A DNA stretch of 64,000 nt from Abditibacteriaceae bacterium. GTDB lineage: Bacteria > Armatimonadota > Abditibacteriia > Abditibacteriales > Abditibacteriaceae. Position 1 is the stretch's first letter. Every line of letters begins with the position of its first letter. Position numbers and translations under genes: made by a program. The DNA is taken from assembly GCA_965277285.1 (NCBI GenBank), contig OZ255721.1:2400001-2464000 (forward strand), written 5' to 3'. This document shows positions 30,249-40,167 of this stretch, one piece after another. The notes beneath the pieces are model-generated. The model did no database searches. It saw nothing but the letters and a program-made list of their open reading frames with translations, and was not told the DNA's origin.

Positions 30249-31019
30249 ATGAAAAATGAAGCGACATCTGAAGACAATCGGCAACAAGCGCGTTTCGCCG
30301 AGCTTTATCCGCTCGATAGTTGGCGCCCCAAAGGGTCATACTACACAGCCCTTTTTGCGCGCCGTCTGGAAATTCTTAGAAAGCATTATTCGGGTGGTCA
30401 CGCAATTGATTTGTGTTGCGGAACCGGAGAATATCTGCTTCCCGTTGCCGAGTTCGCCGACAGCGTGACTGGTATTGACTTTGAACCCCGGATGGTTCAC
30501 GAAACGCATCAACAGATCGCCAAGCGGAATCTGCAAAACGCTTGCTGCGTTCAAGGAAATGCGCGTCACTTGCCTTTTGCCAACGCCGCCTTTCGCTTTC
30601 TCTACTCTTACTCGATTTTTTATGGTATTCCTCGGATTGAAGAAGTTCTTCGGGAATCGGTTCGAGTACTCGAACCCGGCGGCATTGTCGTTGTGGATTT
30701 CGGTTTACGCCGTTCTCTCAATAGCATTGTTGTACGGGCGCACCGAGACGAAATGGCTGATTATTATCCGTCTTCACCGCAAGATATTGACAAGATGTTA
30801 GAGGGCATGAATTTACGTATTGTCGCTACTTATTACTTTCAAATTCTTCCGATGTGGGGACAAAAACCCGGTTGGTTAAAACCGTTATTGCACCCGCGCT
30901 GGCGAGGCATGGCAGCGTCTCATTGCGGTGGCATTATGCTCGATGAACGAATCAGCAGCCTTTGGCTGTTGCGCAATTTCGCGTTTCGTCGTCTTATCGT
31001 TGCTCAAAAAATCAAGTGA
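30249..31019 (+). CDS. Class I SAM-dependent methyltransferase
   Basis: IDLCCGTG, LPFANAAF, RVLEPGG. Confidence 0.88.
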   Translation: MKNEATSEDNRQQARFAELYPLDSWRPKGSYYTALFARRLEILRKHYSGGHAIDLCCGTGEYLLPVAEFADSVTGIDFEPRMVHETHQQIAKRNLQNACCVQGNARHLPFANAAFRFLYSYSIFYGIPRIEEVLRESVRVLEPGGIVVVDFGLRRSLNSIVVRAHRDEMADYYPSSPQDIDKMLEGMNLRIVATYYFQILPMWGQKPGWLKPLLHPRWRGMAASHCGGIMLDERISSLWLLRNFAFRRLIVAQKIK

Positions 31020-31038
31020 ACCGTCGCGCTTATCAACG

Positions 31039-31995
31039 ATGACTTCGACCATACAACGAACGGCTTTAGTGACCGGCGGCGCGGGATTTATCGGCTCGCA
31101 CCTTGTCCGTCGTTTGCTGCGCGAAGGCTGGCGCGTTCGAGTACTCGATGATTTTTCGAGCGGCAGAACCGAAAACCTGACAGATGTGCGCCATCAAATC
31201 GAAGCCATTTCAGGCAGCATCACCGAAGAAGCCACGGCGCGCCGTGCCGCTGCGGGCGTAAATTGCGTGTGGCATCATGCCGCGATTGTGTCCGTTCCCC
31301 GTTCCATCCGCGAGCCGTTGAACACGCATGTGGTTAACGCGACCGGAACGCTGATGATGTTGCAGGCCGCTCAGGAAGCCGGAGTGCGGCGCTTTGTTTA
31401 CGCGGCCAGTTCGTCGGCTTATGGAGATACGGTCGTTTCGCCGCAAATCGAAACGCTGACGCCCAATCCTTTATCGCCTTATGCCGCGTCCAAACTCTGC
31501 GGCGAATCGTATTGCCGCTTGTGGCACACCGTATATGAGACAGAAACCATCGCGCTACGTTACTTCAATGTATTCGGGCCACGGCAAGACCCGAACTCGG
31601 AGTATGCCGCAGTGATTCCGCGCTTTATCGTGGCCATTCTCGAAGGACGCGAAATCACGATTTACGGTGACGGCGAACAAACGCGCGATTTCACTTTCGT
31701 CGACAACGTTGTCCAGGCGAATTGGCGCGCTTTGTCTTCCAGCGGCGCGGGCGAAGTTTTCAACATTGCGTGCGGACAAAGCGTGAGTTTGAATCATTTG
31801 GTGAAGTTGTTGGGCGACATTATCGGCATCGAACCTCGCGTTCGTTATGAAGCGGCGCGCACCGGAGATGTGCGATATTCGCAAGCCAGCATCGAAAAGG
31901 CGCGACGCGTTCTGCAATACGAACCAACCACGAGTTTTCGAGATGGCCTGGAACAAACCGTCGCGGCTTATCGCGCAGATAGTCGGGTGCCATAA
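31039..31995 (+). CDS. NAD-dependent nucleotide-sugar epimerase/dehydratase (extended SDR)
   Basis: VTGGAGFIGSHL, YAASK, LRYFNVFGPRQDP, GDGEQTRDF. Confidence 0.93.
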   Translation: MTSTIQRTALVTGGAGFIGSHLVRRLLREGWRVRVLDDFSSGRTENLTDVRHQIEAISGSITEEATARRAAAGVNCVWHHAAIVSVPRSIREPLNTHVVNATGTLMMLQAAQEAGVRRFVYAASSSAYGDTVVSPQIETLTPNPLSPYAASKLCGESYCRLWHTVYETETIALRYFNVFGPRQDPNSEYAAVIPRFIVAILEGREITIYGDGEQTRDFTFVDNVVQANWRALSSSGAGEVFNIACGQSVSLNHLVKLLGDIIGIEPRVRYEAARTGDVRYSQASIEKARRVLQYEPTTSFRDGLEQTVAAYRADSRVP

Positions 31996-32113
31996 CGGGT
32001 GCCCTAAGAAGCGCGCGTTGGTCGAATCCTCGAGTACGAAGTATCGAGTACTCGATGGCGCACGGCGTTTCTGAGAATGAGAGCAGGCGGTTTCAAAGAC
32101 CAAGGAAAACACG

Positions 32114-33268
32114 ATGCGCTTAGTTGTCATTCCTTCTGACCCGATTGCGACTTACGAAAGAGCTGGTCTCGATTGGCTGGAGCGTTACTACAATCCACAT
32201 CGAATGTTCGATGAAGTGTTTGCGCTCAGTCCTTTGGAAGAAGGAGAACGCCAGGCTTACGGCATGACAATCCGCGGCGTTCCTTTCGAGCGAATGAAGC
32301 GAGCTATCGGCGAGTTGAAGCCCGATGTCGTGCGCGCTTATGGCGGATACTGGGCTGCCAACGCCGCCTGTCTGGGGCGCAATTGGGACATTCCTGTCGT
32401 GGTCAGTGTTCACGATACGAACCCGGCGTTATTTTTCGACTCGGTCAAATATGCCGACATCGTAATTTGTATGTCGAAGGTGGTCGCGGAACTGGCGCAA
32501 CAGAAGGGCGTCGCGCCGGAACGCATCCGCGTTTTGCCCAATCGCGTTGACTTCGGGGTTTTTTATCCGATAAAGGATCAGGGATCTTTAGAGGCGGTCG
32601 CGCAGCAGTTTCCTGTCGGTAAGCACTTGTTGCATTTGGGGCGTAAAACCGAACAGAAGAACCTGGACAACACGATCCGCGCTCTGTCTTTGCTGCCCAT
32701 CGAGTACTCGTGCATTTTTGCCGGTTTGGGCGAGCGAGGACCGTTTGTGCAGTTGGCGCGCGAGTTGGGCGTGGAAAAACGCTGCTTCTGGATCGATTCA
32801 ATTCCCAACTCACAACTTCCCATTTGGTATTCGTGGTGCGATTGTATGCTGACACCCAGCCGCTGGGAAGGTTTTGGCATCGTCTTCATTGAAGCGGCGG
32901 CGTGTGGCGCGGCGATTGTCACATCCGACATCGCGCCCATGAACGAATACTTGCGACACGGCGAAAGCGCCTTTCTGGTGAAAGATTACGAAAACCCGAA
33001 TGCTCTGGCGCAGGCGGTTCGAAAAGTTTGTGAACAAACCGAACTGCGACGCAAACTTCAGCGTGGTGCAGTCGAGGCGGCACAACCCTTTGAACAGCAG
33101 CGTGTTGATGCCCAAGAATGTGATATTTACCGCGAAGCAATCGCGTTGCCGCCGTTATCCACACTGAGACGCCAGGAAATTGAGCGATGCATTTGGACCT
33201 TAAAAGCACGCATGATGGCGCGCAAAGTTTTGCCAGCCCGCGTTGTGGAACAACTGCGCCATAGATGA
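32114..33268 (+). CDS. Glycosyltransferase family 4
   Basis: PSRWEGFGIVFIEAAACG. Confidence 0.9.
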   Translation: MRLVVIPSDPIATYERAGLDWLERYYNPHRMFDEVFALSPLEEGERQAYGMTIRGVPFERMKRAIGELKPDVVRAYGGYWAANAACLGRNWDIPVVVSVHDTNPALFFDSVKYADIVICMSKVVAELAQQKGVAPERIRVLPNRVDFGVFYPIKDQGSLEAVAQQFPVGKHLLHLGRKTEQKNLDNTIRALSLLPIEYSCIFAGLGERGPFVQLARELGVEKRCFWIDSIPNSQLPIWYSWCDCMLTPSRWEGFGIVFIEAAACGAAIVTSDIAPMNEYLRHGESAFLVKDYENPNALAQAVRKVCEQTELRRKLQRGAVEAAQPFEQQRVDAQECDIYREAIALPPLSTLRRQEIERCIWTLKARMMARKVLPARVVEQLRHR

Positions 33269-33419
33269 ATATCTTTGATTAACCGATGGCGCAGGTTTGG
33301 CGATGCCAACCATTGGTGGAATAAATGACTTGATTCCATTTTCAAACGGTACTTTGCAGCCACTGCGGACTTCCTTAATTATTCTTGACTATTCTTGACT
33401 ATGCTAATATTATTAGTAT

Positions 33420-34451
33420 ATGAGATTCGCACCGCGACATTATGCCAGCCGCTTGCGGACGCAGCATTTGCTGGCATCGAGTACTCGAATCACGCAACAA
33501 AGGTTGGAGCAGTTCGTGCGCGACGGCCAGCATAACACACCTGCCGAACGTGCGCTGAACTGGATTAAAGCCAATCATCAGCCAGGCAAAGGCGTTCGTG
33601 TCCATAGTGGCCATGCGCAGTCTTACCCGGAAGTCACGGGTTATATAGTGCCGACACTAATAGAGATTGAGGAAAACGAACAGGCATCGCAGCTTTTGCA
33701 GTGGCTTTTGCGTATTCAGCACGCCGATGGCGCTTATGGTGATCCAGATGAGGATCGGCCTCATGTTTTCGATACGGGCCAGGTGCTTCGCGGCTTGCTA
33801 TCGGGGACTCGCTTGCCATTATCAGAATCAACAAACCTGAAACTGCAACGTGCCCTTGGCAAAACAACAGAATACTTATACGGAAAAATGGTTGAAGATG
33901 GCCGCCAGGGATTTGGCACACAATATGGCGTGGAAGGCGAGAATCCAGTTTCCGAAAGTGTGCTGCTTTATGTCCTACCTCCTTTGATAGAAGCGTCTCG
34001 AGTACTCGATTTGCCCCATGTCGCGCAGGCGGCCCAGCATTGCGCCGACTTTTATGTGGCGCAACCTTACGCCTTGCAAGAACGAACGCTGACGCATTTT
34101 TTAGCGTATGAATTGGAAGCGCTCATTGACCTGGGAAGGAAAGACGTCGCTCTTTCGGTTCTCCAGCAGTTGCAAGCCGAGCAACAGGCCGATGGTTTTG
34201 TGCGAGGGCGAGAAGGCGTGAAATCGTGTTGTTCGCCGGGCCTGGTGCAGTTGGCCATTTGCTGGATGAAGGTCGGAAACGTGGAGCCAGCGCTTAAAGC
34301 CTTGTCCTGGATGGAAGCACATCAGGAGCCTTCGGGAGGCTGGCGCGGCAGTTATGGCGAAAACGCCTCCTATTTTCCCGATGTCGAACTTTCCTGGGTG
34401 CCCAAATACTTTCTGGATGCTTGCTTCCTTCAACAAAATCTCGGCTTTTGA
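33420..34451 (+). CDS. Alpha/alpha-barrel (prenyltransferase/squalene-cyclase repeat-like) protein
   Basis: SYPEVTGYIVPTL, WLLRIQHADGA, FDTGQVLRGL, WMEAHQEPSGGW. Confidence 0.65.
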   Translation: MRFAPRHYASRLRTQHLLASSTRITQQRLEQFVRDGQHNTPAERALNWIKANHQPGKGVRVHSGHAQSYPEVTGYIVPTLIEIEENEQASQLLQWLLRIQHADGAYGDPDEDRPHVFDTGQVLRGLLSGTRLPLSESTNLKLQRALGKTTEYLYGKMVEDGRQGFGTQYGVEGENPVSESVLLYVLPPLIEASRVLDLPHVAQAAQHCADFYVAQPYALQERTLTHFLAYELEALIDLGRKDVALSVLQQLQAEQQADGFVRGREGVKSCCSPGLVQLAICWMKVGNVEPALKALSWMEAHQEPSGGWRGSYGENASYFPDVELSWVPKYFLDACFLQQNLGF

Positions 34452-34484
34452 CGCAATGTTTTGTGGCAATGCTAAACTGCAACT

Positions 34485-35216
34485 ATGCCCACCTCTCCTG
34501 TTCCTGATTCCAGCGACTTATTCACCTCCCGCTTTTTTATAAAAAATGACCCGATAATGCGCGGCTTTGTGGCTCCGCGAAAAGCATTGTGGTGGAACAA
34601 ACAGCATCGTTGGGATTTTTTCCAGTGGCGATGGTGGTCTCGTATTTACGAGTACGAATGGATGAGTTCAGCGATCTCGCAGTATTTTCAAGGGCAAAAC
34701 CTGCAACAAAAAACGGTGCTGGACGCGGCGTGCGGCGAAGTTCAGCCCGGCGGCTTTATTCTGGCGCAGAAAGGTTTTGGGCAAGTCGTCGCGCAGGATG
34801 TTTTCGCTCGACACGCTCTCATCGAAAAAAGTGCTTTGACCAATCTCCACTATTTACAAGGCAATTTAGCTGAAGTCAAAGAAGGACGCTTCGATTGCAT
34901 CGTCTTCATTTCAACATTGGAGCACATCAACCCCGAAGTGCAGCCCCTTGTTTTGCAAAACCTTGTTGATCGCTTGAATCCGGGCGGCGCTTTGTTGCTG
35001 ACTTTCGATATGCCGGGCTACGAGTACTCGACGAACCTCGATTTATATAAACAAATTCTTCGTGACAACAATTTGCAGTTCCGCGAAGAAAGCGTGCGCG
35101 ATGCAGACAAACTGACTTCCAAAAACAAACACATTGTTTTCCCCGAAGGTTTTGAGGATGGTCACGTCAAACACGAAGAGCTTTCCTGCTATCGATTGTT
35201 CGCCGTCAGGGAATAA
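34485..35216 (+). CDS. Class I SAM-dependent methyltransferase
   Basis: WSRIYEYEW, VLDAACG, ISTLEH, LNPGG. Confidence 0.8.
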   Translation: MPTSPVPDSSDLFTSRFFIKNDPIMRGFVAPRKALWWNKQHRWDFFQWRWWSRIYEYEWMSSAISQYFQGQNLQQKTVLDAACGEVQPGGFILAQKGFGQVVAQDVFARHALIEKSALTNLHYLQGNLAEVKEGRFDCIVFISTLEHINPEVQPLVLQNLVDRLNPGGALLLTFDMPGYEYSTNLDLYKQILRDNNLQFREESVRDADKLTSKNKHIVFPEGFEDGHVKHEELSCYRLFAVRE

Positions 35217-35222
35217 CTGCGC

Positions 35223-36017
35223 ATGACTTCAACAGCGCTTTCTTCACCTCTCGTCAGCATTGTTTTGCCCACTTACAACCGTGCCTCCATGTTGGATAAG
35301 GCGCTTGCGACGTGTCTGTCTCAAACATTGAGTAATCTGGAAGTGGTCGTGGTAGATGACGGATCGCCAGACCAAACGCAGAAAGTTGTGCGAGAATGGC
35401 AGGCCAAAGACGAACGCGTGCTCCTGGTGACACAAGCCAATGCCGGTTTGCCAGCCGCACTGAATGCCGGTTTCAAAGCGGCGCGTGGGCAGTATTTGAC
35501 ATGGACAAGCGACGATAACGCTTTTCATGCCGATGCATTAGAAATTATGGTGCAAGCGCTGGAAGACGACGCGAGTGTGGATTTCGTTTATTGCGATTAT
35601 TTAGCAATTGACGAAAACGACAAAGTCATCGAGCGCGTAAGTTTGCCCGACAGCGACAATCTGGCGACAAAAAATGTCGTGGGCGCGTGCTTTTTGTATC
35701 GACGTCGCGTATATGAAAGCGTCGGTGATTACGATACCGCTTTGTTTTTGGCCGAAGATTACGATTACTGGCTGCGCGTCAGCAAGCGTTTTCGCATGAA
35801 ACATTTGGACGCGTGTCCTTACAATTATCGCTTGCACGCAACTTCTCTAACCTCCAAACGCGAGTTCGCCATTTTCAAGATGACGCTGCGCGCGCGTCTT
35901 AAAAACTCTTCCGACTTCGGGCATCGAGTACTCATTTTGCGCCAGGCCGCTCTTCACTGGCGTCGCCGTTATTTGCCTTTGCGCGCGATGCTGCGTCGCA
36001 TTCGCTCCAAGCGTTGA
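35223..36017 (+). CDS. Glycosyltransferase family 2
   Basis: VSIVLPTYN, VDDGS, WTSDDN, AEDYDYWLR. Confidence 0.92.
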   Translation: MTSTALSSPLVSIVLPTYNRASMLDKALATCLSQTLSNLEVVVVDDGSPDQTQKVVREWQAKDERVLLVTQANAGLPAALNAGFKAARGQYLTWTSDDNAFHADALEIMVQALEDDASVDFVYCDYLAIDENDKVIERVSLPDSDNLATKNVVGACFLYRRRVYESVGDYDTALFLAEDYDYWLRVSKRFRMKHLDACPYNYRLHATSLTSKREFAIFKMTLRARLKNSSDFGHRVLILRQAALHWRRRYLPLRAMLRRIRSKR

Positions 36018-36034
36018 AAGAAAAATCCCACATC

Positions 36035-37117
36035 ATGGCGCCAACTGAGCAAACCTCGAATCTGGTCAGCGTGATCGTCCCGACATATAACTACGCTCAC
36101 TTTCTGTGGCAAACCCTGGCGTGCGTGCAAATGCAAACTTACGGGAATTGGGAGTGCGTCGTTGTGGACGATGGTTCGATCGATGACACGCGCGAAGTGG
36201 TGCAGCAGTTCATGCGAGACGACGCGCGTATTCGCTATATCCATCAACAAAATGGCGGTCTCTCGGCGGCGCGCAACACAGGTTTGCGCGAAAGTCGCGG
36301 GCAATTTATCCAACTTCTCGACTCGGACGATTTTATCGAACCGCGCAAGCTGGAAAGTCAGGTCGCGTTCTTGAACACGCATCCCGATATCGACATCGTT
36401 TGCGGCGAAATGCGCTTTGTTTCTGTGGAAACTGGCGAACGCGAAACACTTGAACGAACCAGCATAATGCGTTGCTGTTTCGCGCGTCAAAGCTTCTGCA
36501 TCGCCGACAACGAACTGGTTTTGTTACAGCATCGGGATAAACGAGTGAGCTTCGAAGTCAATCAGAATGTAGCGTCCGTGCGTTTTATCGAGAGCGATAT
36601 TCTTTTGAACCTGCTTCGTGGGAACAGCATTGTTGTCAATACTCCTTTGGTGCGCAAGCAAGTTTTCGATGATGTCGGAAATTTCGATCAGACTTTGCGT
36701 TCTGTGGAAGACTGGCACTTTTGGATTCGCTGCGCCTTACAAGGGAAACAGTTTGCGGCGCATCACGAGCCTTTGACACGCGCTCTGGTGCGTTGGCATC
36801 AAGCCAGCATGAGTCAAAACAAAACGCGAATGTTCCGCTCTATGATAGAAATGCGAGGAGTTCTAAAGCCGCTGTTAGGCAGCGCGGAGTTGAAACGCGT
36901 TAATCGCATGATGATGGTGCACGATTACGCTGCGCTGGGAATTCACGAAGGCCTGGAAGACCAATTGTGGAACGGCTCAAGACATCTGTGGAAAGCGGCG
37001 TGGCTGGGCAAGAATACGAAATGGTTCGTTTACGGTTTTGCTCTTCCTCTTAAAAAATTCAGCCGCTTGGCTCCTGCGTTGTCGCGCATTAAAGCGCGAT
37101 TGTTCCGAAACGACTAG
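36035..37117 (+). CDS. Glycosyltransferase family 2
   Basis: VSVIVPTYN, VDDGSID, LDSDD, EDWHFWIR. Confidence 0.9.
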   Translation: MAPTEQTSNLVSVIVPTYNYAHFLWQTLACVQMQTYGNWECVVVDDGSIDDTREVVQQFMRDDARIRYIHQQNGGLSAARNTGLRESRGQFIQLLDSDDFIEPRKLESQVAFLNTHPDIDIVCGEMRFVSVETGERETLERTSIMRCCFARQSFCIADNELVLLQHRDKRVSFEVNQNVASVRFIESDILLNLLRGNSIVVNTPLVRKQVFDDVGNFDQTLRSVEDWHFWIRCALQGKQFAAHHEPLTRALVRWHQASMSQNKTRMFRSMIEMRGVLKPLLGSAELKRVNRMMMVHDYAALGIHEGLEDQLWNGSRHLWKAAWLGKNTKWFVYGFALPLKKFSRLAPALSRIKARLFRND

Positions 37118-37181
37118 ATATTCAAGGGTTTACCTCAAGTTAAAGTCCACTAAAGAACACTGTACACAATCGCTTATTGCA

Positions 37182-38123
37182 ATGAAGAATCCTCTTATCA
37201 GTGTTGTTATTCCAGTTTACAATCGCGGCGTGGCCATCAAAGCAACGATAGAGAGCGTTTTATCGCAAACTTGGCCTCAAGAGCAACTCGAAATCATCAT
37301 TGTGGATGATGGCAGCACCGATGACACACTGTCTTTTCTGCAAATCGAGTACTCGAATCATCCCCACATTCGCCTTTTTTCGCAACCAAACGCCGGTGTT
37401 GCTTGCGCACGCAACAAGGGCTTGAACGAAGCGCGCGGCGATTTCATCGCGTTTCTCGATCATGATGACCTTTGGCTGCCACAAAAATTGGAAAAACAAG
37501 TTGCACGATTTCGCGCTTCTCCCACCACGACTTTGGTTTATTGTGGCTGGCAAACCCGCAACGAAAATGGCCCACCTTCAAACGGAATAATCTTTCCAAC
37601 ACAATGGCCGCGCGGCGCTGTCTATCGCCGCTTGCTGCAAAGCAATTTCCTCATTTCAGCCAGCGTTCCACTGATGCGCACACGCATTATCCGTGAGGCG
37701 GGAGGTTTCGCGCCAAATGCGGTACCCAACGACGATTGGGATTTGTGGTTGCGACTGGCGCAAACCGGTCGCTTTGATTGCGTCGCCGAACCTCTGGTTC
37801 TTTATCAACAGCATTCGGCTCAACTGTCTCGCGCTTCGCAGAAAATGATCGAAACAACGCGCAACGTTTTCCAAAGACAACATTCTTTTGTAGCGAAGAA
37901 CAGAAGGTTTTGGCTTCCCTGGAAAATTTTCAGCACGCTCACGATGTCTTATCAGCGCACTTTCCCCTTGTTCGTAGAAGCGCAGAACCATCTTTTCGCT
38001 GGTCGTTTCTTGCAGGCTGTTCGCTGCTGGCTGCGCGCTTTTTCTTCACCCGCCGCACCATTTTCCCGTCAGTGGCTTTATTTACTTAAACGCGCCCTTT
38101 GCCGTGATTTGCGCCCTTATTGA
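37182..38123 (+). CDS. Glycosyltransferase family 2
   Basis: ISVVIPVYN, VDDGSTD, LDHDD, DDWDLWLR. Confidence 0.92.
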   Translation: MKNPLISVVIPVYNRGVAIKATIESVLSQTWPQEQLEIIIVDDGSTDDTLSFLQIEYSNHPHIRLFSQPNAGVACARNKGLNEARGDFIAFLDHDDLWLPQKLEKQVARFRASPTTTLVYCGWQTRNENGPPSNGIIFPTQWPRGAVYRRLLQSNFLISASVPLMRTRIIREAGGFAPNAVPNDDWDLWLRLAQTGRFDCVAEPLVLYQQHSAQLSRASQKMIETTRNVFQRQHSFVAKNRRFWLPWKIFSTLTMSYQRTFPLFVEAQNHLFAGRFLQAVRCWLRAFSSPAAPFSRQWLYLLKRALCRDLRPY

Positions 38124-39157
38124 ACCCAACCATGACGAAGATGAATGCGCCGCTTTTCACCATTTTTTTACCGTCCTATAATGGCGGCGCGTACTTGAAA
38201 GAAGCTGTCGCGTCCGTTCTGGCGCAAACCTGCCCCGATTGGGAACTCATTGTTCTCGATGACGGCAGCACCGATGGTTCGCTGCAATGGCTGCATTCTT
38301 TGAACGAACCGCGACTTCGAGTACTCGAAAGCGCGCACATCGGCATTGTCGCAAACTGGCGACGTTCTTTGACCATCGACAAAGCGCCGTGGATGACATT
38401 TCTGGGTCAGGACGATTTGTTCGACCCACACTTTCTGCAAACCATCGCGCAACTCATCGAAGATCATCCAGACGCCGATATTTTTCACGCGCACTTTCGT
38501 TTCATCGACCAGAACGGCAAACTCTTGCGCAATTGTCGCCTGATGCCTTCACGGGAAACCGCGAGCGAATACATCGCGGCGCTGTTTTCCGGCGCGCGCG
38601 ACACTTATGGAACTGGCTACATTTTGCGAAGCGAAAAATACGATCAAACCGGCGGCATCTCGCCTTGGGAGCGCTTGCTGTTCGCCGACGACGCGCTGTG
38701 GATTTCGATGATGCACAGTTCGCATAAAATCACTGCGCAACAACAATGTTTCGCGTGTCGCTTGCATCACAAAAGTGTCAGCGGTTCTCCGCCATGGCGC
38801 AGTTGGGCGAACGCGATGCAACCCTACATTTCTTTTCTGCAAGACTTGGGCGAACGCGACGAAAGCGTCAATCGAGTACTCGAAACGCACGCGCCAACTT
38901 ATTTTCTGCGCTGGTGCCGCAATGTTTACAGCCTCGCCTTGATGCAGGCGACCAAAACCAATCGGCGCGTTGAACACGATGCGCGTCGCCTTCTCGAAAC
39001 CGAACTCGAACAAGTGCAAAGCGGTTTGGGACAACAACTGCGATCTTCGCGCACGGTTCGCGTCCGCGAAACTATCAATCGGTTTTTCGTGTTGCGCCAG
39101 CTTTATCGGTTTTACATCCGTGCGCGTTATGGCGTCACTCACTTGAAGACTTCGTAA
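38120..39157 (+). CDS. Glycosyltransferase family 2
   Basis: IFLPSYN, LDDGSTDGS, LGQDD. Confidence 0.88.
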   Translation: MNPTMTKMNAPLFTIFLPSYNGGAYLKEAVASVLAQTCPDWELIVLDDGSTDGSLQWLHSLNEPRLRVLESAHIGIVANWRRSLTIDKAPWMTFLGQDDLFDPHFLQTIAQLIEDHPDADIFHAHFRFIDQNGKLLRNCRLMPSRETASEYIAALFSGARDTYGTGYILRSEKYDQTGGISPWERLLFADDALWISMMHSSHKITAQQQCFACRLHHKSVSGSPPWRSWANAMQPYISFLQDLGERDESVNRVLETHAPTYFLRWCRNVYSLALMQATKTNRRVEHDARRLLETELEQVQSGLGQQLRSSRTVRVRETINRFFVLRQLYRFYIRARYGVTHLKTS

Positions 39158-39313
39158 AAGAGAACGCATGAGCCAAACGCCCGATATCTGGACTTTGCGC
39201 GCGCCCTCGTTCGCCCAAACCGACTGCATCGTGAACGCGTGCGTTTGTTCCGCGAAGTCTTGCGCCAGACCGCGCGTGCCGAGCGAAATGCTCCACGACG
39301 TTAAGGAAATTTC

Positions 39314-39664
39314 ATGCAAATCAAGAAATGCCCACATTGCGCGCAATTGGTTCACGTCGATGTTCTTTATTCGCAACCTTGCTGGAATTGTGGCGCATTC
39401 GTCGATTTCACGCCTCGAGAAAACTGGGCGCAGACCGTCTTTCGAGTACTCGATGTGCGTTTAACGAAAGTTCTCTCGCCGGTTTTTGATGGCGAACGCT
39501 GGATAAAGTGGAATCGCCGCGCGTTGTTGACGGCATTGCCGTTGGCAGTCGTGATGCTGCTGACTTGCAACTCGTTTCAGATTGGGATTGTACGCGACAT
39601 CACAACGCCGTTTCGACGATTGGAAATCAATTTTTCCAATGAACCACAATCGCCAGGTTGGTAG
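39314..39664 (+). CDS. Small zinc-ribbon plus single-TM hypothetical protein
   Basis: CPHC...CWNC pairs, TAAGGA RBS upstream, one hydrophobic segment. Confidence 0.6.
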   Translation: MQIKKCPHCAQLVHVDVLYSQPCWNCGAFVDFTPRENWAQTVFRVLDVRLTKVLSPVFDGERWIKWNRRALLTALPLAVVMLLTCNSFQIGIVRDITTPFRRLEINFSNEPQSPGW

Positions 39665-39671
39665 ATTTGGA

Positions 39672-39701
39672 TTGACAACGTGAGCGCAAACGTTCTATAA
39701 T
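39672..39701 (+). promoter_or_regulatory. Sigma70-type promoter for the ilvB leader
   Basis: TTGACA (39672) - 18 nt - TATAAT (39696), both consensus, about 20 nt upstream of the T-box leader. Confidence 0.85.
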
Positions 39702-39723
39702 GTGTTGGACAATTTGAAAATAA

Positions 39724-40095
39724 AGACCGTGAAGAGGAAGAGTACGCGGGACGAGCGTTCGAGAGAATCGTTTGATGTGCTGTGAAAACGATAACGCATC
39801 GCCGCCGAAAGTCACCTCGGAGTCGCTGACGCCAAAGCCTTCGATACTTGTCATCGAGTACGCGAAAAGCCAGTAGTTTCAGACGGGCGCGCCCGTGACA
39901 GCGCATAATGAAGAGCCGCCTCAAGTGACAAATTACGAATGACAAGTGACGAGTTCAAACTCGACATTCTTCACTTGTAACTCGACACTGGCGGAACGCG
40001 GGTGGTACCACGAGACCGATTTTATTCGCTCCCGTCCCGCGCAGCCTGCGATAACATAAGGTTATTGCAGATGCGCGAGGCGGGAGTTTTTTGTT
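39724..40095 (+). ncRNA. T-box riboswitch leader; probable Val specifier GUC
   Basis: Stem I GAAGAGGAAGAGTA...GAGAGA...GCTGTGA...GAAA-GTC-A-CCTC; T-box GGGTGGTACCACG at 40000-40012; CGTCCC antiterminator partner; terminator followed by a U-tract. Confidence 0.9.
40029..40095 (+). terminator. T-box leader terminator
   Basis: CTCCCGTCCCGCGCA...TGCGCGAGGCGGGAG-TTTTTT. Confidence 0.85.
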
Positions 40096-40167
40096 GCGAG
40101 TTCTCGGTTTTGAGTTGAAGCCACTTAACTCAAAATTCAAAACTCAAAACTGCGACTGGAGGAAGCT

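Noticed and set aside
39168..39464. 98-aa Cys-containing ORF overlapping 39314-39664
   Set aside because: No motif; the overlapping ORF has an RBS and paired CxxC and is preferred.
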